The notes beneath the pieces were generated by a model, which was not told the origin of the DNA, made no database searches, and worked only from the letters and a program-made list of their open reading frames with translations. The position numbers were made by a program, and so were the translations under genes. From the NCBI GenBank assembly GCA_026989455.1, contig JALSJH010000060.1, positions 695 through 64,694 on the forward strand: 64,000 bases of DNA. Direction: 5' to 3'. This document shows positions 38,901 through 43,863 of this stretch, one piece after another (the stretch's first letter is position 1; each line of letters begins with the position of its first letter). The DNA is from Chromatiales bacterium. GTDB lineage: Bacteria > Pseudomonadota > Gammaproteobacteria > RBG-16-57-12.

Positions 38901-41900
38901 CCCCTTGCAACAGGGGAATAGCGACATCAAGACTATGCAGGCCAATACTGGCGACCTCTTCAGGAGTCAGCTCATCGAAGTTGGCCACTGCGCCTAAGGC
39001 TCGCACCGGCAAGGAGGCTAAGTCGATGTAGAGCAGGGTCTCACCTGTACGGCACTCGGGCTTCTCTTGGCAGATTGCTTTGAGTAGATTCAGCGCCGAC
39101 TCGACAGTTATTAAGCCATTACCGACCGCATTGCGGATCTCCTCGGGACTAGGGAGACCACCAGCGGCAACTGCCATGCCCGTAGCCAGTGCAACCGATT
39201 GAACAAATACCGTCGCATCTACCGCCGTTTCAACCATCGCTTCGCCGGTACCTTCAACTCCCATGGCGCCAGCAAAACCGCCGCCTAACCGGGTAACCGT
39301 CTCCATGCCTCGTGCACCCGCCAGAACAGCTTTGAGTATATCGACCCCGGCACCCAAGCCCAGCCGCTCGTAACCCACATCACCCCTACCCGTGCTGCGC
39401 CACACAGCATAACCATCCTCACCTTGGATAATCTCTTGATCGGGGTGTATGCCCGCTTCGGCCAGTCCTTTAATCGATACCGCTTTGAGCAACGTCAGTT
39501 CAGCTTCACCCACAAAGGCTTTAAAGGCTTTTGGGTTTGTAACAGTCTCATCACCCGCAGAGACCTCTGCAACATAAATACTCAGTGCATCAGGATCTCG
39601 ACCATAGGTATTCACAAACTGTAAATCTGCCTTTACTTTAAGCGCATCATCATCGCCAAAACTGCCGTTTTCAATATTGATGCCCATGCGAATTTCTGGC
39701 ACCTGCGCGCCCAATGCGGTGTGGTGCACTTTCACCTGGCGGGGGCCGAAAATGCTGAAATTCACATCACCTTTGATCTCAATAAGGGGCTGGGCTGTGG
39801 CGATGTCATCTCTATCAGGTGGCTGCTGGTTGCCGGTATAGGGTAGAAAACGGATGGCATTAACCTCAAATGCTTGGCCGATAAACTGAATATCGCCAAC
39901 GGGGGTTATTTGGGTCTCTGATAGCTGGCCATTGGGGAGAATATAAGTGTCGATCTGAAAAGGGACTTCATTGTTTAGGGCGACAAATTCATCACCGCCA
40001 AAATCACTGTGTACAGGGAGAGAAAGCCCCATGCCGGTCAGCACTAGGCGCTGGTTTTCCGCATCAAACAGTAGGTTATTTGGGGTAGATCCCGGCCTAT
40101 ACAATCTCATGTCCGCTGCAAAAGATAGTTGCCTCGAATCACTCGCCTGCACAGGACTATGTAGTTTGGCCTGCCAATAGGCCAGCTCCCAGCTCATTTC
40201 TGATGGCATGGTCAGGCCATCTGCTGCAATATTCAGTTGGGCTTCTTGGTCAAAGTCACCTTGGAAGGGGAAGTTCTGTGCCACCGGGTAAGGCACATGG
40301 AGCTGCCCATTGGCAAAGGAGTCTGTTAATGCGGCCTCGGTAAATTTAAACCAGCGGGTATTCATGATGGTGGAGAAGCCTTGCACGACATAGTGGCGTT
40401 GGTCTTCTACCTCCACCCATTGGCCATCGATCCCCTGCCCGGTGACTAAAAAAGCACCACGATGAAAACCTGAAGGCCGATCAGCATGGGCACCATGCAA
40501 AGACCAGCCCTTGTTAAGCTCACCATCCTGCAACAACAAACCAGCGCGTTCCGTCATGGTTCTAGTCAGTGCTTCTCGCCACAGCGTCGCGGCATCATGC
40601 CCCATCTTGGCCAATGTTTCTGAGCTAGCATTGGGGAATTCATGGTAGCCCTCTTGAACCTCCTCGCCGATATACAAACGCGCTTGCCGCGGCTGATAAT
40701 TAAAGTTGCCAAAACGTAGGTTCATGCTGGAATCGATCAACGGCTCGGTCTTAAACAGATCCACGCCATTATTAGAGTCACGACGATGCAGATGTTGAAA
40801 TACCAACGTATCATTAGAGACAACCGCACTGTTTTCGGCGTTTGGCAGTTGCACATTACCGGCTAAATCAACACCACTCACTTTGGAGTTATCGAGGCCA
40901 AACTGGCCACTGGTTAACTGAAGAGTAAAGCCATAGGGCTGCAATAAACTGAGTCGCTCTGCGGGGGCTTGATTAAAAAAATCTGTCACCCGTTGCACGG
41001 GCTGCAGTTCGATATCATCACCACTTACCCCTTGGGGTGAATAGTTCAGCCAGTTCGCCCGACCATAGATAAATGCGGTGTTGGGGTGGGTGGTACTAAA
41101 CAGAGCATTGGCCGCACTCACCTTTAGCCGTAACAAGGCATCATGAAAACCGATCCCAACAAAGCCTTCCTGATCAGAATAGTCACTGTAATTAAGGTGT
41201 TGTGAGGCATCGATCACCAGCGTACTGCCTGCGAGGCGCAGGGCGAGATCATCTTGTTTAAGGCGAATATCGGGCCACTCATTATTAAACTCATAACGAG
41301 CAACGAACTCACCACCATTGAGGATTTCCAATTGCGGGAACTGAATTTTACCCGTATGTGCTACGTTGATAACCTCGGCTGCTTTTTTTCCAATAGAGGC
41401 CGTGGGGGTGACCACTCTTTGGCGGGTACTAAGCTCGGGTAATTGGTAGGCTAGGTCGATGGCTACACCCGTCACATTTTGTCCGAGCTGAACTCCCCCC
41501 GTATTAACTGGGTTGGCAACCCCAGCTGCTTTTTTTCCGATAACGGAGCCGTGGGTAATCTCCCTTTGGCGGATATTAAACCCGGGTAATTGGTAGGCTA
41601 AATCAGCGAACGCACCGGTAGTGTTAATCATCAAACTTTTGAGTTCAATCAGCTGCCCCTGAATATCCAGGGGGTACTGTTTGTCGCCCTCTAGGGTGAT
41701 CTGTCCACCGTCGAGTCGTGCGTTAAGCGGGTTGTTCGGCATACTCACGACAACATTATTCATCTGCATTTTTAGCGACTGTTCGCGACCATCACCCCGC
41801 CAAGTGGTTGTAGCCTGCGCCGTAAGCTCTGCTTGGCGTGGGGTATTGTTGTTAATGATGGCCGAACCTGAATCTGCCTGATTCATCTCCAACACAAAAC

Positions 41901-43656
41901 CGGCGGCATGCACATATTTGGGAAGGCCACCCGGCAGTGTGGCGTAAAGGTTAGCCGGATCACTGAGGTCATTAAGCGTAATGAGGTAATGCCCTGCGGT
42001 GGGTATTTTCCATTTTGGGCTTAATAGTGTCCCCTCATGGCCTGACTCAACCAGTACTTTACCAATGATGATCGGAGCGCCATTAGGTTGTCCATTGTGA
42101 TCCAAGGGGTGGGCGACAAATTTGAGCGGAAAGGTTGGACTTTGATTGATTCCCTTTCCCTTATCGTATTGCGGGTTACAGGTGGGATATTGAGCAAACC
42201 AACCCCCTAGACCTTGGTCTTTAACATAAGCGGCAAACTGCACCGTTTGTTTTTCATCAAACACAAACTGGCCCCGCTCTAGTAAGGGCTGGGGATTAAT
42301 CGGCACTACTCCCGTCGTCAACTGCCACGCGCCCATGAGACGTGCAAACAGTAACTCTTTGGGAGGTGAGCGATTTTCACATCTATTTTCGATGCCGAAC
42401 TGCGGCACAAAACCATCACTCCACTCATCAAAATCAAGGGCATCCAAGCGGGCTTTTGGCTCGACCAGTAGATTAATATTTGCCTGATCAATGGGCTTTA
42501 CGCCATCGAATAGCACAACCTGTAAGTTTTCTAGCAACGGTGTAGAGGATTGAGTTGCGGTCATTGGAATACGCAGCTCCCCCGCTGTACCCGACAATGT
42601 TTCGATAGGAAATCGCCCTATGCTCACTCCATCTTGACGCACCTCAGCGTAAACAGAGCGGCTGGTGGCGTTGCCACTGTTTTGCACTTTGATACTCAGT
42701 TCATAACCTTGGCCTGCTGCTAGCTCTGCTGTGCGCAGGAGTGACTTTGACTCAAATAAAAAGTCATCTTCTAGCAATTTTGTTTGGAGTTGACGAACGC
42801 TAGCTACTGCTGTGGGGCTGGTCTGACGAGAGCTGGTGGCTTGGATATCCTGAATGAAAACCCCTTGAGCTATTGCGCGACCAGAGACACTAAAGGTGCC
42901 CCAGCGGGACTGCAAAGGTTCGGCATTTTTATCGGTTGGATAAGCCAGCACCTGCCAGCGGTATTGACCTGCAGTCAGTGATTTTCGCTGCGTGGAGGTA
43001 AGTGTGTAAACATCACCCTTGCTGATCGCTTTGATGACTGTTTGATAACGCTTTTTTTCTATCTGGCGTTGCACTTCAATTTTGTATAACCGAAAGCTGG
43101 CATCACCCTGCCAGCGAAAATAAACCTTATTCGGGTTCACTTCAATATTAAGGGGAAGCTTCAGCTCTAGCGGTGCCCCAGTTGCTGTACTTTTAGCTCC
43201 ATCGGCAACAAAATAGATGATGGTCGGTATGTTCGCTAGAACGGGCCCTTCGGAATTAGATAGCTCTAGCGTGACCTCATGACGACCCGGCATAATCGTA
43301 GGGAGGTCTACCCCTTGTTGGTTCGAACGAATTTCAACCTCTTTGCCAAAACTTAGCATCTGACTGGTTTGAGCAATCACCTGACCATTCACTCGCCATC
43401 TCGCGGTGAGATTGCCATTACCCAGATATTTAAACCGCGCCTTGGCATACAACCCTTTGGTAGAAGGGGCAACAGTGATGCTGCTGCGCTCATTAGCAAA
43501 ACTGAGGGCTACGCGCTCAATATATACTCGGTCAGAACCGGTTGAGGGCGCTGACTGCGTACCTACAATGTCGATATTCACCTCAATGGCTGCCTGCACC
43601 GGCCCGGTACATACAACCATCAGCAAAAATAAACTTAAGGCTTTGGATAAAGTCAT
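29962..43656 (-). CDS. Giant (4,564-aa) Sec-exported protein of unknown family
   Basis: Uninterrupted 13.7-kb ORF. The track start at 43713 is a TTG. ATG 43656 gives a canonical signal peptide, MTLSKALSLFLLMVVCTGPVQA|AIE. N-terminal Ig/FN3/CARDB-like beta domains, long Leu/Ala/Glu/Gln-rich tracts and a beta-rich C-terminus. I found no RTX (GGxGxD), TPS (NPNL/NPNGI), cadherin/VCBS or YD repeats. Confidence 0.85.
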   Translation of the reverse strand: MTLSKALSLFLLMVVCTGPVQAAIEVNIDIVGTQSAPSTGSDRVYIERVALSFANERSSITVAPSTKGLYAKARFKYLGNGNLTARWRVNGQVIAQTSQMLSFGKEVEIRSNQQGVDLPTIMPGRHEVTLELSNSEGPVLANIPTIIYFVADGAKSTATGAPLELKLPLNIEVNPNKVYFRWQGDASFRLYKIEVQRQIEKKRYQTVIKAISKGDVYTLTSTQRKSLTAGQYRWQVLAYPTDKNAEPLQSRWGTFSVSGRAIAQGVFIQDIQATSSRQTSPTAVASVRQLQTKLLEDDFLFESKSLLRTAELAAGQGYELSIKVQNSGNATSRSVYAEVRQDGVSIGRFPIETLSGTAGELRIPMTATQSSTPLLENLQVVLFDGVKPIDQANINLLVEPKARLDALDFDEWSDGFVPQFGIENRCENRSPPKELLFARLMGAWQLTTGVVPINPQPLLERGQFVFDEKQTVQFAAYVKDQGLGGWFAQYPTCNPQYDKGKGINQSPTFPLKFVAHPLDHNGQPNGAPIIIGKVLVESGHEGTLLSPKWKIPTAGHYLITLNDLSDPANLYATLPGGLPKYVHAAGFVLEMNQADSGSAIINNNTPRQAELTAQATTTWRGDGREQSLKMQMNNVVVSMPNNPLNARLDGGQITLEGDKQYPLDIQGQLIELKSLMINTTGAFADLAYQLPGFNIRQREITHGSVIGKKAAGVANPVNTGGVQLGQNVTGVAIDLAYQLPELSTRQRVVTPTASIGKKAAEVINVAHTGKIQFPQLEILNGGEFVARYEFNNEWPDIRLKQDDLALRLAGSTLVIDASQHLNYSDYSDQEGFVGIGFHDALLRLKVSAANALFSTTHPNTAFIYGRANWLNYSPQGVSGDDIELQPVQRVTDFFNQAPAERLSLLQPYGFTLQLTSGQFGLDNSKVSGVDLAGNVQLPNAENSAVVSNDTLVFQHLHRRDSNNGVDLFKTEPLIDSSMNLRFGNFNYQPRQARLYIGEEVQEGYHEFPNASSETLAKMGHDAATLWREALTRTMTERAGLLLQDGELNKGWSLHGAHADRPSGFHRGAFLVTGQGIDGQWVEVEDQRHYVVQGFSTIMNTRWFKFTEAALTDSFANGQLHVPYPVAQNFPFQGDFDQEAQLNIAADGLTMPSEMSWELAYWQAKLHSPVQASDSRQLSFAADMRLYRPGSTPNNLLFDAENQRLVLTGMGLSLPVHSDFGGDEFVALNNEVPFQIDTYILPNGQLSETQITPVGDIQFIGQAFEVNAIRFLPYTGNQQPPDRDDIATAQPLIEIKGDVNFSIFGPRQVKVHHTALGAQVPEIRMGINIENGSFGDDDALKVKADLQFVNTYGRDPDALSIYVAEVSAGDETVTNPKAFKAFVGEAELTLLKAVSIKGLAEAGIHPDQEIIQGEDGYAVWRSTGRGDVGYERLGLGAGVDILKAVLAGARGMETVTRLGGGFAGAMGVEGTGEAMVETAVDATVFVQSVALATGMAVAAGGLPSPEEIRNAVGNGLITVESALNLLKAICQEKPECRTGETLLYIDLASLPVRALGAVANFDELTPEEVASIGLHSLDVAIPLLQGVDLDQAYSQTGLQALPVSIDDLTDAGLATAHVVVGAARTLVDQNWRLSYQDVVNISQRAVDAAHAVETIIPEGHEKRLASLAVSLADESLNLVKELNQGGTINPRRLGDAVADLVGVMCQQADSLQPLFTQAGLPIQTAQIKPMLGLTVSALQNVPSGRTEAIGVRYLQTLINEFAQGDFSNSHCGNTGLALPASVQAMLGIAAHTLEPLAGQLKTEARQIAWALQGVNQTLSALQSLGIDVGIDVDSQIITQLQGVLNALEFSFYELDQSLSSDAATADAQRVLRIAQAIPLAFQQLIETGSPQAAQLLDIYRVLLQELDQLLVHAPQIADNDFSQVDLVQLPLALIDEVQDLSMLNQCQQYGLANMGYLLKMVREVGAQKPSMSVMTAHSQQLYNNIKVCDPSGIAARPELEKLMALMGLLAVLDTENSQNVAAVVQQQLPELLPILFAASQPLLEAIPALARALPIIDFTQDNLSVVLDDSLIKLLNEAGQQEPTSAGKTAIQKAKSIIAHADFNLIGLVKTVDDNGDVIRLRQTRADGSWREVDLTLGIISQYYPEGHQEYGGGIKQFFSFHQWRKRTDEEKEQDLFMSFWNGQFASAEPSILEYKDEAGNLIMGTLEAGQPLIKVTSALSYGTHTPYTVYMADQMPTLSDTAESIAAQSVGDVVVTKVFRDADGGLCPFPGHGCIVDTNNSEGAFIQVQSLSDPRDRATWSVGMDMLDPDLLVEYFGRIADTVQGWDPTWEVAYSGGIVVLRAGDSSETLLLRMSEEEGIYSLQDLATTIIQSEDSLMHRVVIQGTETWNYQPNEQQALHTFGNGQWEIYAMPEALPPGVAIPDPSGVIPTELLTLQLSSSQLAAAQNDQNSLPDGVSLENGQLNLAGENSNDLWSIDIATGQASVGGVPVEHINLVTNSGSATSSLTVAQLDDGGVVVSQSDGSRQQVMQSTDSDLTIHRKESADGVRTTTIKFDNTAMEFSVSYSPVERYQVFYLPDERPAITPASGVNQALKHQMWLDIFELERQLKIEPSDYLLLQLDSLMVEARDLGLPINELNDQHKQIAAEALTSLMMAEFKRYDTALSPQAVAEWAANPSASPAGRIAHLQERGEALGLAVWRGSHNFRQHSSEMFYLDYYHHSQALSEVCTALEQCSEAALKSKVSILLKVIASLGEGTQLEETYSLMCEATDRAWNRIINPIINNENRVVIESDIQLALNLIALEGRLMCEDDSRVASVTSLGLRLAEGRGISLAQRVAAMDMEQRITAATPESAHDFDQNGNFDSNDLVAYYTNFYFRAGSFDEVALPASKDYPGWVRHLQTLSRLIDLVNSTAEQRHSDGQLVYYRDDQLVAYRDAVKTKLKAAWEAEWELRYNELSGGDFQELEKLKALASHFEKGRGLNAQVGESLIEVDNNSYLRAKIDGQWRNPLALMSDRQTDWLENVVWRTGRPEVEVAASLDSLVGQNRLIVYLKSTLPNEQLAGLRRLDARVIEELDEDLNALESAAARPDVDDILEHLFHPITEIREVLARVAQPQADARFRERIQRLLDSRVEWLQDHPDDLELEIKKIILITSLAQGDSEASGWESLSENANVMAALETALASANQAVNNDDGRDWSEFKAKAERLINIDSLMVRLGGEESTSMDDIIEGISPYITAQESLLDDAVNQDLETVYRLIKASLEMKNTAQGLGAEDMIFYNLGAEAGALEVKADQLSACAKDHDCTIEDVRDYLDLSASLHGLGGDADLSVLEEMISSSPATFPASIKGPHDLPKFSESLEGNNSAALREAIAQMLRAMGESFDMADATARQALRVVIGELRRLAAMKGTHVQLNAPLFNAADDLQAKIDNWLNDAAAQIASMVSGALDSIASIDLGDVSMAELEQFLLPHINGTPDLTRIEPGNKYRLAAEALAEAELDTNNEANLRLAYHLLSEIPDPAITAEGDYRLAGIGQLILFMAERGESMVTAVVAGVSNADFSGRPELQLLGSLLHLPGKDQPAQFLASELKSQLIEPLLNGGEKFDCTESIEACLLSSGLQLSGVFIDSLISSGENFTALDFLETLAGNLQTSNETTEETVWFSIIGQGLAMTVTVAKEPGSIETQLAVDGLRLGNRLLGLPVVNNMITPLPQPLPVAFTMMRESSEMLASQLSVSEGEHLPIVIARLTQGVILDFFREQGLQPDLVNTADALGDWQLTFIDNNWNLLEQAATGQLEGETVLDAYLGSYGIAALHCRVNEGLGIALPPALSMTPFMTIKSLLTSHDKGWLGKTEHSPKVLAHLGADLSNLWFAEIHASNCDAVTVADMEDDLPVATLLRQIAETDLSKGATFASVSLMGNMGIGAINTLLPQGSALREVMNISWNGSAEPSKGSGISDFLSLGIKSAGMDEIQVVSDALSLIEGVPNTSQAIVIAMSKNPNDPTAKLLRIVSGNALETDLSDGDTWRGADRAYAIPYSLLALFAEMRKTMPLQTQWAYLETVPFIDIVGGQPQLSPASDYVGDMDSLLADAMAYNAIAVVNGSAEIAQKAVVTGVDLGRLAINGIASLIAVNQSPSAIGRIQQRSLFDELAGDGMGFSGVSGGLQQQWNLSTLETESFMLELYGKLALPFIGSHMGLLQQATEGGRQILAFSAASGCEEGDFTCIGSYVGGVNTDFEAYFSHSESDGLSLSYQGKTGLEILSNTMGEVQVSGLVSDFPTTIDQPLANYALDLVQNVDVVQCGQLEVGVMPFPLSLAVSGSVNVGAFYDKTNTTLSFGTRTGLSGSLKFPLLNSLLGVTLAGDMTEESRGELIDDAVQFSYGACVNPNITLTLAGHKIPLQGLEAQVASFVEGDVSDQSAAFGLKMRVMLGSPVVAAIKKELACPTGEFNPFVMASEFMNNAGETVLNNAVCTALSAVSKTELWLVLRNGIDDGAMRQQMMFGFGEFPAKSAAVSPFLGATFINGDVGVPFISNQSGEWGGLPASQNIRICNIDLCDLPMYEAGQ
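41320..41615 (-). repeat. Tandem 147-nt (49-aa) internal duplication inside the giant gene
   Basis: The peptide units ..DLAYQLPGFNIRQREITHGSVIGKKAAGVANPVNTGG.. and ..DLAYQLPELSTRQRVVTPTASIGKKAAEVINVAHTGK.. lie exactly 147 nt apart (D codons at 41604 and 41457). The DNA aligns by eye (gctgctttttttcc..ccgtggg..ctttggcgg..gggtaattggtaggcta). Confidence 0.8.
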
Positions 43657-43863
43657 GTCGCTACACTCATCTGTAAAATTTCCATGGCTGAGCAACCCTG
43701 TTTTCAGGATCAATACAGCTCTGCCTTGTTATTTTCTCACTTCAATTTCAGGAGTGAATGCTAAACACTATTCAACTGCGGGGACATACCCAATCCTTGG
43801 TATTCCTTTACCCAGTGACCGAGATATATACTTCCACAATATTTGCTATGAGAGCTAATCACC

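Noticed and set aside
29962-43713. Giant protein as a two-partner-secretion exoprotein, RTX/T1SS adhesin, autotransporter or Rhs/YD toxin
   Set aside because: I saw no NPNL/NPNGI TPS motifs after the signal peptide, no GGxGxD nonapeptide repeats, no ABC/MFP genes nearby, no C-terminal aromatic-terminated translocator, and no YD repeats. This needs confirmation by HMM search.
29962-43858. About 25 short plus-strand ORFs (60-152 aa) inside or antisense to the giant gene, including 43406-43858 (150 aa), 32423-32881 (152 aa) and 35869-36300 (143 aa)
   Set aside because: They are antisense to one continuous 13.7-kb ORF with a coherent signal peptide and domain-like sequence. Their low-complexity, Ser/Arg/Cys-rich translations are typical of antisense frames. 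The same reasoning applies to the antisense ORFs in the ATPase, mrp, kef, pyrG, eno and other genes.
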